A stretch of DNA of 64,000 nt from positions 2,233-66,232 of the forward strand of contig DATFUB010000016.1 of NCBI GenBank assembly GCA_035261225.1, written 5' to 3'. Position numbers and translations under genes: made by a program. This document shows positions 37,586 through 47,923 of the stretch, one piece after another; position 1 is the stretch's first letter; each line of letters begins with the position of its first letter. Source of the stretch: Sphingomicrobium sp. (GTDB lineage Bacteria; Pseudomonadota; Alphaproteobacteria; Sphingomonadales; Sphingomonadaceae). The notes under the pieces were generated by a model. It saw only the letters and a program-made list of their open reading frames with translations. It made no database searches and was not told where the DNA came from.

Positions 37586-38269
37586 CTACCACAAGGTGCA
37601 GTGGCGGCTCGTCCGCGCGACTCGCCGTTGCCACCAGGTCGTATCGCTGCCCCTCGGCTCGCTCGGAAAGAGCAGGTTGTTGGGCTCGTCGTCCCGGTGC
37701 GCGAGCAGGCAGGTATGCGCGAGCTCGTGCGCAAGGGTGGTTGGAGCAGTCACTCCGGATGAACCAGAAGCGGACGCGACGGTCACATAATCGGTAATCG
37801 GGATCGAGCAGCCGATCTTGCCGTCGATCGTCCGGACGACGAATACGGTCACGGGGAAGCAGAGCCGGATGGGAATCCCGAACCAGCCGGCCGAGTGCCA
37901 CGCAAAATAACTGCCGGCTTCGCCGAATTCGTCGCAAAACGCTCCGAAGTTGCAGCGCAGGTCGAGCGCCGCCTTCGGCGCGTTGCCGTCCAGCGTTTCG
38001 GTCCTCGTTCCGCGATAGGCGATCAGGTCGATGTTGAACTCCTTGTCGAAGATCGCAATCGCATTGTTGACCGCGGCATCGATATCCGCGGGTTGAATCA
38101 AGGGGCTGCCGGTTTCGTCGCGCAGGATCCGGACTTGGATGCGCATCGTCTTGCGCAGCTTGCCGAGCGTGAACAGCTCGACAATCAGATTCTTCACCCG
38201 GGCGAGAATGCCCACGATGATCCTGATCAGCGCGCGGAAAATCGCGCGCACAAAGTGAATGATCGCCAT
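37586..38269 (-). CDS. Hypothetical zinc metallopeptidase-like protein
   Basis: TLAHELAHTCLLAH (HExxHxxxxxH) near the C-terminus, an amphipathic basic N-terminus, and ATG 38269 after AGGGGG. Confidence 0.7.
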   Translation of the reverse strand: MAIIHFVRAIFRALIRIIVGILARVKNLIVELFTLGKLRKTMRIQVRILRDETGSPLIQPADIDAAVNNAIAIFDKEFNIDLIAYRGTRTETLDGNAPKAALDLRCNFGAFCDEFGEAGSYFAWHSAGWFGIPIRLCFPVTVFVVRTIDGKIGCSIPITDYVTVASASGSSGVTAPTTLAHELAHTCLLAHRDDEPNNLLFPSEPRGSDTTWWQRRVARTSRHCTLW

Positions 38270-38355
38270 CACGTCCCCCTGGCATCGGACCCGGCTCGAC
38301 AAGCCTATCATGCCAGCGCAAACAGGGCGAGCCACGGTAGTTCAAGGAGGGGGCG

Positions 38356-39645
38356 ATCGGAGAGGTTTTCAAGGCGCTGATCGCTGGCGGCGCTTTATTG
38401 TTCGCTTCCGCGGCGTCCGCGCAAACGCTCGACGTCCATGCCGGGCGACTGATCGATCCGGCTTCGGCGAAAGTCCTGGCCGACCAGCGCATCCGCATCG
38501 TCGACGGCAGGATCGCTTCGATCGCTCCATGGCGCGCGGGCGACGGGCCAATGGCGGCGATCGACTGGTCGAGCTACACCGTTCTTCCGGGTCTGATCGA
38601 TCTCCACACCCATCTGGCTGACGGCGCCATCGACGTGACCGAGAGCGATCCGGCAGCGCCCCTCAAGCGCAGCGAAGCTCGGACGATCCTCCGCGGCGTC
38701 GCGGCGGCGCGGATGGAGTTGCGCAGCGGCTTCACCACGGTGCGCGATGTTGGCGTGTATCGCGGGCTAACTGATGTCGCGTTACGCGATTCGATCAATG
38801 CCGGGGAGGTCGAAGGGCCGCGGATGTGGGTCGCCGGCGGTTATATCACGACGCCCGGCGGGGGCGGCGAGATCGACGCGCTCGCGCCCGATATTCCGCT
38901 GCCCGAGACTTTCCGCATCGGTGAAGTGCACAACCCGTCCGAAGCGCGTGACCGGGCGCGTTACCTGCTTGATCACGGCGCTGATTTCATCAAGCTCATT
39001 GCCACCGGCGCGGTGCTTGCGCTCGGCAGCGAGCCTGGCGCGCTCGAGCTGTCGCCGGAGGAAATGAAAGCCGCCTGCGACGAGGCCAAGCTGCGCGGCA
39101 GCTATTGTATCGCCCACGCCCATGGCGCCGAAGGGATCAAGGCGGCGATCCGCGCCGGCGCGCGGACGATCGAACATGCGAGCTACCTCGACGCCGACGG
39201 GATCGCGCTCGCCAAGGCGCGCGGCGTGTGGCTCGACATGGACATCTACAATGGCGACTGGATCAACGATGTCGGCGTCAAGCAAGGCTGGCCGGCTGAA
39301 TATTTGCGCAAGAATATCGAGACGACCGACGTCCAGCGTCGCGGCTTCGCGGCAGCGGTCAAGGCCGGTGTGAAGCTGACATTTGGGACCGATGCAGGCG
39401 TCTACATGTACGGCCTCGGGGGCCGTCAATTCGCCTACATGGTGCGCTACGGCATGACCCCGATGCAGGCGATCCAGTCGGCGACCAGCGAGGCGGCGAG
39501 GGCGCTCGGCAAGGAAGGCCAGGTCGGAAGCCTTGCGCCCGGCGCATACGGCGATTTGATCGCGGTCAAGGGCGACCCGTTGACCGACATCCGCGTGCTC
39601 GAACATGTCGAAGGCGTGATCAAGGAGGGTCGCGCTATTCCTTAA
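38356..39645 (+). CDS. Secreted metal-dependent amidohydrolase (start uncertain: non-canonical ATC 38356 proposed; the track uses TTG 38398)
   Basis: [28 protein letters not shown] and FGTDAG motifs. Confidence 0.88.
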   Translation: MGEVFKALIAGGALLFASAASAQTLDVHAGRLIDPASAKVLADQRIRIVDGRIASIAPWRAGDGPMAAIDWSSYTVLPGLIDLHTHLADGAIDVTESDPAAPLKRSEARTILRGVAAARMELRSGFTTVRDVGVYRGLTDVALRDSINAGEVEGPRMWVAGGYITTPGGGGEIDALAPDIPLPETFRIGEVHNPSEARDRARYLLDHGADFIKLIATGAVLALGSEPGALELSPEEMKAACDEAKLRGSYCIAHAHGAEGIKAAIRAGARTIEHASYLDADGIALAKARGVWLDMDIYNGDWINDVGVKQGWPAEYLRKNIETTDVQRRGFAAAVKAGVKLTFGTDAGVYMYGLGGRQFAYMVRYGMTPMQAIQSATSEAARALGKEGQVGSLAPGAYGDLIAVKGDPLTDIRVLEHVEGVIKEGRAIP

Positions 39646-39646
39646 T

Positions 39647-39661
39647 GTTCCTCTCTTGTTC
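39647..39661 (+). promoter_or_regulatory. Alphaproteobacterial LexA (SOS) box upstream of recA
   Basis: GTTC-CTCTCTT-GTTC, a perfect GTTC-N7-GTTC. Confidence 0.92.
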
Positions 39662-39757
39662 TCTTGGAACAGATCAGATACATACTGTCTTCACCGGCGG
39701 GGTTCGGCCGCCATGTCAAGCGGAATGATCGCTTGCATTGACGAGGGAGACAGGGTC

Positions 39758-40846
<1,089 letters not shown>

Positions 40847-40849
40847 GGC

Positions 40850-42085
40850 TCAGGCTTCGGGCTGAATTGGCGCGAACAGCCGCTTCGGCTCGGTCAGGAC
40901 GATCGTGACGAAGCCGAGCGCCGTACAGATTGCGGTGCCGACGATAAACGGCGTCGCGGTCCCGTCGAAGCTCTGGCCGATGAAGAAGCCGATCGCGGCA
41001 GCGCCGAGCGTCGAGACGACTCCCTGAACCGACGACGCGGTGCCCGCGATCGGCGCCATATGTTCCATCGCCAGCGTGCTGAGATTGGATGAAGCGAGCG
41101 CGAAGCAGCACATGGTCAGCGACTGAAGCACGACGAAGCTGACCAAGGTCTCGCCGCCGGCGAGCGCGAGGGTGGCATGGATCGCGCTGACGATCACGAG
41201 GGCGGCGGCGGCCGAATGACCGACCCGCCTCAAGCCGAAGCGGCCGACGATGCGGCTGTTGGTCCACGACGCATAGGCCATTGGCGCGGCGATCGCGGCG
41301 AACACCAGCCCGATGTATTTCCCTTCCTGGAAGGCGTCGAAGACGATCTGCTGGATCGAGGAAATGTAGGCGACCAGCGCCGAAAAGATAATCGTCACCG
41401 CGATCGTATAGCCGCGCGACTGGGGTTCGCGGACAGTGTCGGCGACCGCGCCGAGCATCTCGCGCGGGTTGAGCGAGCGGCGATATTCGGGATGCAGCGT
41501 CTCGGGCAGCCGCCACGACGACCAGATGAGCATCGCCAGGGCATAGCCGCCGAGCACGAGGAAGATCGCCCGCCACGACGCGACCAGTAGGATCGCCTGG
41601 CCGATGTTGGGCGCGAGCACCGGGACCAACATGAAGACCATGAACACCAGGCTCATCACCCGCGCCATCGCCTCGGTCTCGAACAGGTCGCGGACCATGG
41701 CGACGACGAGCACGCGCGTGACCGCGGCCGACGCGCCCATTGCGACGCGTCCCATGAGCAGCAGCGGAAAGCTGCCGGCAAAGGCGCAGAGCAAAGCGAA
41801 CAGGCAGTAAAGCACGATGCCCGCGGCGAGGACCGGTTTGCGCCCAAAGCGATCGGCGAGCGGACCCCAGATGAGCTGGGTCGAAGCGAAGCCGGCGAAA
41901 TAGGCGATAACCACCAGCTGGCGCTCATTCTCGCGAACGACATTCAGCGACCGGCCGATCGCGGGGAGCGCCGGCACCATCGCGTCGATGGCGAACGCGT
42001 TGAGCGCCATCAACCCGGCGAGCATTGCGGTCATCTCGCGCATGCCAGGGCGCTTGACGCCGTCGTGGGACAGGGATTCGAACAT
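40850..42085 (-). CDS. Bcr/CflA-family MFS drug efflux transporter
   Basis: About 12 TM segments, AFAIDAMVPALP, GPLADRFGRKPVL (MFS motif A) and AGTASS motifs. Confidence 0.92.
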   Translation of the reverse strand: MFESLSHDGVKRPGMREMTAMLAGLMALNAFAIDAMVPALPAIGRSLNVVRENERQLVVIAYFAGFASTQLIWGPLADRFGRKPVLAAGIVLYCLFALLCAFAGSFPLLLMGRVAMGASAAVTRVLVVAMVRDLFETEAMARVMSLVFMVFMLVPVLAPNIGQAILLVASWRAIFLVLGGYALAMLIWSSWRLPETLHPEYRRSLNPREMLGAVADTVREPQSRGYTIAVTIIFSALVAYISSIQQIVFDAFQEGKYIGLVFAAIAAPMAYASWTNSRIVGRFGLRRVGHSAAAALVIVSAIHATLALAGGETLVSFVVLQSLTMCCFALASSNLSTLAMEHMAPIAGTASSVQGVVSTLGAAAIGFFIGQSFDGTATPFIVGTAICTALGFVTIVLTEPKRLFAPIQPEA

Positions 42086-42142
42086 GGGGATGCGCCTGCT
42101 GGCCGATTGCACCGGAGCGTGCAACATAAGCGAACCGGAGGC

Positions 42143-42964
42143 ATGCGATTGAACGACACTGTGGCAAATGTGCGCTTGATCGGACTGCCGACCGACAGTC
42201 ACTCATCCTTTCTGCGCGGAGCCGCGGCTGCGCCTCCCTTGATCCGCGCGGCCCTCAATTCCGACCACGGCAATATGACGGCCGAGTGCGGGCTGGAGAT
42301 CGGCGCAACCCTCAGCCTTGACGATGCCGGCGACCTGCCGCTCGATGAATCACCCGGTGACGTGGATCGTATCCGCCAAGCCGCCGCGACCGCCGCCAGG
42401 GAGGGCGCCGCCCCGATTTTCATCGGCGGCGATCACATGGTGACCTATCCGATCGTTGCCGGCCTCGCTTCGGTCCACGGACCGCTGAACATCCTCCATT
42501 TCGATGCCCATCCCGATCTGTATGACGATTTCGGCGGCGACCCATTGAGCCACGCCTCGCCATTCGCGCGGATCATGGAGCAGGGGCTGGCGGGCCGCCT
42601 CGTTCAGGTCGGGATCCGAACGCTCAACCGACATTGCCGCGAGCAGGCGCAGCGTTTCGGTGTCGAGATGATCGAGATGCGGCACTTTGCGGCGGCGGCG
42701 GTGCCGATCCTCGGTGCGCCGCTTTATATCAGCATCGATCTTGACGGCCTCGACCCGGCGTTTGCCCCCGGCGTGTCCCACCTCGAGCCGGGCGGGCTTA
42801 CGGTTCGCGAGCTGCTTTCGGTGCTTCACCGGGTTGACGCCCCGATCGTTGGCGCGGACGTGGTCGAGTACAACCCGACGCGCGATATCAATGGAATGAC
42901 GGCCGTGGTCGCCGCCAAACTTGTCAAGGAACTCGCGGCGTTAGCGGGGAGGGAGAGAGCATGA
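42143..42964 (+). CDS. Ureohydrolase (agmatinase/arginase family)
   Basis: GGDH, HFDAHPDLYD, SHASPF and SIDLDGLDP metal-binding motifs. GGAGG RBS before ATG 42143. Confidence 0.92.
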   Translation: MRLNDTVANVRLIGLPTDSHSSFLRGAAAAPPLIRAALNSDHGNMTAECGLEIGATLSLDDAGDLPLDESPGDVDRIRQAAATAAREGAAPIFIGGDHMVTYPIVAGLASVHGPLNILHFDAHPDLYDDFGGDPLSHASPFARIMEQGLAGRLVQVGIRTLNRHCREQAQRFGVEMIEMRHFAAAAVPILGAPLYISIDLDGLDPAFAPGVSHLEPGGLTVRELLSVLHRVDAPIVGADVVEYNPTRDINGMTAVVAAKLVKELAALAGRERA

Positions 42965-44217
42965 ATCCGAGAATGTCGAGGCGTGGAATGATTGCCGGAG
43001 CCAGCGCGGTCGCGGCGGCGATGACGCTGCCATTGAGCCGGGTTCTGGCGGAAGCGGCCGAAGCGACGCCATCGATTCCGATTCCCCCGCCGATCAGCGG
43101 TGCCGAGCGGGTGCAGCGTCTTGCCAAAGCGAAGGAGCTGATGCGCGGCGCTGGCATTGGCGCGGTGCTCGTCGAATCCGGGCCGAGCCTCGATTATTAC
43201 ACCGGCGTCCAGTGGTGGCGGAGCGAGCGACTGACCGGGGTCGTCATTCCGGCCGAAGGCGATCCGATCATCGTCACGCCCTTCTTCGAGCAGCCGAGCA
43301 TTGCGGAAATGCTCAAGGTGCCAGCCGAGATCCGGACGTGGAACGAGGACGAAGATCCGCTGAAGCTGATCGCGGACTTCCTGCACGAGCGCAGGCTCGT
43401 GGATCGCCCCGTCGCGTTCGAAGAGACCAATCGCTTCTTCATCGAGGACCGGCTGAAGCGGCAATTGCCCGGGGCCTCAATCGTCAACGCCAACCCGATC
43501 GTTCGCGCGCAACGGATGATCAAGTCGCCGGCCGAACTCGCGCTGATGCAGGCAGCCAACGACATCATGCTGGCATCGCTGCGCTATGCCGGCGAGCGGA
43601 CCAAGGTCGGCATGACCCCCGCCGACATCGACGCGATGATCGCCGCGGTGCACAAGCGGATGGGCTCAGCGTACGACGGCGGCCTTGTCCTGGTCGGCGA
43701 AGCGTCCGCCTATCCGCACGGCAGCAAAAAACCGCACGTCGTCCAACGTGGCGACGTGGTGCTGATGGACTGCACCTCGTCGGTCCATGGCTATCAGGCC
43801 GACATCACGCGCACGTTCGTCGTCGGCACTCCGTCAGCGGAGCAGCGCAAGCTGTGGGACCAGGTCCATCGCGGCCAGCAAATCGCGATTGAGACAGCCA
43901 AAGTCGGATTGCCCGCGGGAGCTGTCGATGACGCAGTCCGCAAGGTCTACGAAAGCTGGGGCTTCGGGCCAGGCTATCGATTGCCCGGACTGTCGCATCG
44001 CACCGGTCACGGCATCGGCATGGAGGTGCACGAACCGGTCTATCTCGTCCACGACGAAACGACACCGCTGGCGCCAGGGATGTGCTTCTCCGACGAGCCC
44101 GGGCTTTATATCCCAGGCAAATTCGGGGTCCGGCTCGAGGATTGCTGGCACATGACCGAGAGCGGCCCGAAATTCTTCACTCAGCCGCCATCGAGCATAG
44201 AGCAGCCATTCGAATGA
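42961..44217 (+). CDS. Tat-exported M24 (Xaa-Pro) peptidase
   Basis: SRRGMI twin-arginine signal, and MDC, ADITRT, HRTGHGIG.EVHE, DEPG and RLED motifs. Confidence 0.93.
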   Translation: MNPRMSRRGMIAGASAVAAAMTLPLSRVLAEAAEATPSIPIPPPISGAERVQRLAKAKELMRGAGIGAVLVESGPSLDYYTGVQWWRSERLTGVVIPAEGDPIIVTPFFEQPSIAEMLKVPAEIRTWNEDEDPLKLIADFLHERRLVDRPVAFEETNRFFIEDRLKRQLPGASIVNANPIVRAQRMIKSPAELALMQAANDIMLASLRYAGERTKVGMTPADIDAMIAAVHKRMGSAYDGGLVLVGEASAYPHGSKKPHVVQRGDVVLMDCTSSVHGYQADITRTFVVGTPSAEQRKLWDQVHRGQQIAIETAKVGLPAGAVDDAVRKVYESWGFGPGYRLPGLSHRTGHGIGMEVHEPVYLVHDETTPLAPGMCFSDEPGLYIPGKFGVRLEDCWHMTESGPKFFTQPPSSIEQPFE

Positions 44218-45074
44218 CCGACATGAAGGAGAATGCGCTAGCTCCACAATGGGCGACGACAAGCGGCGACATGTGGTCCCGACGCTGGAGGGACACTGAC
44301 AGGGGCCTCGCTGGGCTCTCGCCGCATCTGTTGTCGGCGATCACCGACAATGTGCTTGCCGGGCCGTTCAGGGCATTCGAGGTCGGCTGTGGCGCCGGAT
44401 CAACCAGCATCACCCTGGCGCAGAGCCGTCCAGACGCTGAGATTACAGCCTGCGACATCTCGCCCACCCTGGTCGAGGTCGCTCGGCAGAGAACTGAACG
44501 AATTCCCCAGATCCACGTGATCGAGGGCGACGCCGAGTTGGTCGCGAAAGACGAAGGCCCGTTTGATCTCATTTTCTCGCGGCACGGTGTGATGTTCTTT
44601 CCCGATCCTGTTCGGGCATTTCGATCCCTTCGTCGTGGCGCGAACCGTGGTGCTTCGCTGGTGTTTTCCTGCTTCCAAAGCTGGCATTCCAATAGCTGGG
44701 CGTCGGACGTGGCTTGCGCCGCGGCAGATAGGGAGCTTCCGGCCCCCGGGCGCGAGCCGAGCGGATTCGCGTTCGCCGATCCGGACTACGTGCGCCAGAC
44801 CCTCAGCGCATCCGGATGGGATGAAGCCGAAGTGCAGACCGTCCTCTTCGACTATCTGGCTGGCGAAGGCGATGATGCCGTCGAGACTGCGCTGTCATTC
44901 CTCACCGACATCGGGCCAGCCGCCCGCATCGTCCAATCGCTCCCGGAGGTGGAACGGGCCGCCGCCCTGGAGCGTATGCGTGGCATCATCGAACACCATT
45001 TCGATGGCAGGGCTGTGGTATTCTCCGCAGCGGCGTGGATTTGGCGAGCCAAGGCGGGGTCCGCCGCTTCCTAG
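44214..45074 (+). CDS. Class I SAM-dependent methyltransferase
   Basis: EVGCGAG, CDIS, GDAE and FDLIFSRHGVMFF motifs. ATGA overlap with the peptidase gene. Confidence 0.88.
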   Translation: MTDMKENALAPQWATTSGDMWSRRWRDTDRGLAGLSPHLLSAITDNVLAGPFRAFEVGCGAGSTSITLAQSRPDAEITACDISPTLVEVARQRTERIPQIHVIEGDAELVAKDEGPFDLIFSRHGVMFFPDPVRAFRSLRRGANRGASLVFSCFQSWHSNSWASDVACAAADRELPAPGREPSGFAFADPDYVRQTLSASGWDEAEVQTVLFDYLAGEGDDAVETALSFLTDIGPAARIVQSLPEVERAAALERMRGIIEHHFDGRAVVFSAAAWIWRAKAGSAAS

Positions 45075-46387
45075 AAGTGATCGTCGATCCTGCCTTCGCG
45101 CTTGACGTGCGAAGGTGCGTGCGGCGGCTCGATGTCGGCCGGTTCCTCCACGTCGAGTTCGCCTTCCCACCGCGCGACGACGCTCGCCGCGACGGCATTG
45201 CCGACGACGTTGGTCGCAGAGCGGCCCATGTCGAGGAAATGGTCGACCGCGAGGATCAGCAGCAGGCCCGCCTCGGGAATCTTGAACATCGACATGGTCG
45301 CGGCGATTACCACCAGGCTCGCGCGCGGGACGCCCGCCATGCCCTTGGAGGTGACCATCAGCACCAGCAGCATGGTGATTTCCTGGCCGATGCTGAGGTC
45401 GATGCCATAGGCCTGCGCGATGAAGATCGTCGCGAAGGTCATGTACATCATCGACCCGTCGAGGTTGAATGAATAGCCGAGCGGCAGGACGAAGCTGGCG
45501 ATGCGCGGCGGCACGCCGAAACGGTCGAGCGCTTCCAAGGTGCGAGGGTAGGCGGCCTCGCTCGACGCGGTCGAGAAAGCGAGGACGATGGGGTCGCGGA
45601 TGTAGCGGACGAGGTGGCGCGTGCGCGGGCCGACAATGACGAAACAGGCCGCGATCAGCAGCGTCCACAGGATCGCGAGCCCGAGATAGAAGCTGCCGAC
45701 AAACTTGCCGAGCGTCAGGATGATTGTCGGCCCTTTTTCGGCGAGTGCGCTGGCGACCGCCGTGAACACCGCGAGGGGCGCAAACCGCATCACGTAGTCG
45801 GTGACCTGCAGCATCACTCGGACCAGCGCTTCGACGCCGACGACGATCGGCTTACCCCGCTCACCGACAGCGGTAAGGGCCACCCCAAAGAAGCAGGAGA
45901 AGATGACAATCGGTAGAATCTCGTTGGTGCTCATCGCCTCGAAGATCGATTGCGGCACAACGTGCGAGACGAATTCCTTGAGGTTGAACGCTGCAGTCTC
46001 GACCCCGCTGGCGGCAGTCGCGGGCGGGATCGGCAGGTTGAGGCCGACGCCCGGATGGAGGGCGGTGACCAGGATCAGGCCTAAGGTCAGTGACACCAGA
46101 CTGGCCCCAATGAACCAGCCGAGCGAACGCGCCGCTACGCGGCCCAATGCAGCGATGTCGCCCATATGCGCGATGCCCGCGACCAGGGTCGAGAATACCA
46201 GCGGCGCGATGATCATCTTGATCAGACGGAGGAAGAGCGCCGTGACGACGCTGAGATAATCGGCGATCGATTTCAGCCGCTCGGCACTCGCCGGACTGCC
46301 GTCGTCGATCGTGTAATTGAGTACCCAGCCGGTGACCACACCCAGCACCAGGGCGATCAGGATGAATTGAGTCAGTCGTTTGGCCAC
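45071..46387 (-). CDS. Dicarboxylate/amino acid:cation symporter (DAACS/GltP family)
   Basis: FLRLIKMIIAPLVFSTL, AFSTASS, LPLGYSFNLDG and DMGRSATNVVGN motifs. GTG 46387. Confidence 0.95.
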   Translation of the reverse strand: MAKRLTQFILIALVLGVVTGWVLNYTIDDGSPASAERLKSIADYLSVVTALFLRLIKMIIAPLVFSTLVAGIAHMGDIAALGRVAARSLGWFIGASLVSLTLGLILVTALHPGVGLNLPIPPATAASGVETAAFNLKEFVSHVVPQSIFEAMSTNEILPIVIFSCFFGVALTAVGERGKPIVVGVEALVRVMLQVTDYVMRFAPLAVFTAVASALAEKGPTIILTLGKFVGSFYLGLAILWTLLIAACFVIVGPRTRHLVRYIRDPIVLAFSTASSEAAYPRTLEALDRFGVPPRIASFVLPLGYSFNLDGSMMYMTFATIFIAQAYGIDLSIGQEITMLLVLMVTSKGMAGVPRASLVVIAATMSMFKIPEAGLLLILAVDHFLDMGRSATNVVGNAVAASVVARWEGELDVEEPADIEPPHAPSHVKREGRIDDHF

Positions 46388-46477
46388 AGGAGGTCCCCTC
46401 TCGGCCGTGACCCAAGCGGGCGACGCGAGCGGCGTCAAGCTTCACAGGCACTTGCCGACTAGGGTAGGGCGCCGAGC

Positions 46478-47299
46478 ATGGCCGCGGACGGCGAAAAAGA
46501 GGACGATGTGGTCGCGTTCGGGCATGACGAGGCGCGTGCGCTGGACGCCCTTGCCGACAGCCTCGGCGCGTCGTTTGAGGATGCGGTCGGGCTGATCCTT
46601 ACGTGCAAAGGTAAGATCCTTGTCAGCGGGCTCGGCAAGTCGGGCCACATCGGGCGCAAGATCGCCGCGACTTTCGCTTCGACCGGGACCACCGCGACCT
46701 TCCTCCATTTGGCCGAGGCGATCCACGGCGACCTCGGCATGGCGGCCCGGGGCGACGTCGCGATCGTGATCTCGCAGAGCGGCGAGACGCCGGAGCTCGA
46801 GGCGGTGATCGACCATTTCCAGCGCCTCCGGATCCCGATCATCGCGATTACCGGCAATTCGGGATCGATGTTGGCCGAAGCAGCAACAGCGCCGCTATTG
46901 CTGCCGGATTGGGCGGAAGTCGGGCCGGAGTCGGTGGTCCCGACCAGTTCGACCACCATGACGCTGGCGCTCGGTGATGCCCTGGCGATGACCGTGATGC
47001 GGCAAAAGGGCGTCACGCGGACCGAATTCGGACGGCTTCATCCGGGCGGAACGCTCGGCGCGCGGTTGAAGCCCGTCAGGCGGTTGATGCACAAGGGCGA
47101 GGCCTTGCCCCTGACCCTCGAGACCAGCTCGATGCACGAGGTGGTGGTTGAGATGTCCGCCAAGCGCCTCGGGGTGATTGGCGTGGTCAACGAGGCCGGT
47201 CATCTCACGGGCGTGATCACCGACGGCGATCTGCGGCGCAACATCGAGCGTGCAACGGCAGATCAAGGTTCGCGCGGCCTTGGCCACCTCGTCGATTGA
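46478..47299 (+). pseudogene. KpsF/GutQ (KdsD-like) arabinose-5-phosphate isomerase, truncated after the first CBS domain
   Basis: SIS domain (SGLGKSGHIGRKIAATFASTG, HGDLG, SQSGET, PTSSTT, HPGGTLG) and the first CBS domain up to TDGDLRRNIER. Fifteen unrelated residues and a stop follow; the second CBS domain is absent. Confidence 0.8.
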
Positions 47300-47812
47300 A
47301 ACGAACCAATGCGTGTTGGGGCCGCCGAGGATCAGCAGGCGGTGCGGCCGCCGCAATGCATCGAAGTACGCGCGTTCCTCATCGGTTGGGACATCTGGCG
47401 GCTGCGGGTTAGCCATCGCCAGGCGGAGCCTGACGACATTCGCCTGTTGCTCGATGCCATATTGCGGGGCGGTGATCACCAAAGCGAAATTCCGCGGATG
47501 GATGCGCGGATTGCCGAGCTGGACGAGCTTGGTCCGGCCGCCTGACGCAAGGCGGATGTGGCGCGCCACCGGAACGCTGCGATGTCCGATGCCCAGGACG
47601 AGGTCGGGCCACGGCGGTTCGAGCCATTTGCGCGCGCTGGGCAGGACCGAAACCAGCTGGTGATCGAGGATCTGCTTGGGGACCATGCGCAGGAAGTTGT
47701 AGCGCATGGAGCGCGTTTCGAATGGCAGATTCAATGCCTGTGCGAGCATCAGGAGCTGGTTGTTGTCCCCCTTGCGATGGCCGAGGAGCACCCAGATGCG
47801 CGGCTGCCGCAT
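47252..47812 (-). pseudogene. ELM1/GtrOC1-like putative glycosyltransferase, 3'-truncated
   Basis: WVLLGHRKGDNNQLL.LAQAL, PWPDLVLGIG, LVITAPQY and LILGGP motifs. After about 187 codons the frame continues as antisense of the kdsD-like gene. Confidence 0.72.
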
Positions 47813-47923
47813 CACGCGCGGCGGAACCGGCGATATCGCTTGCCGAGGTGCTCGATCATCACGCCGACCCTGATTGCGGTCGCGAGCACACGGGCGATGG
47901 CCGCCGCCTGACAAATTCTACGG

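Noticed and set aside
39647-39661. recA SOS box as a novel finding
   Set aside because: It is real but fully expected for an alphaproteobacterial recA, so it is listed only as a feature.
47812-47889. Possible 25-aa minus-strand ORF (MLATAIRVGVMIEHLGKRYRRFRRA) whose stop overlaps the ELM1-like ATG
   Set aside because: There is no convincing RBS or recognisable motif. The region could equally be a 5' UTR or an N-terminal extension of the ELM1-like gene.
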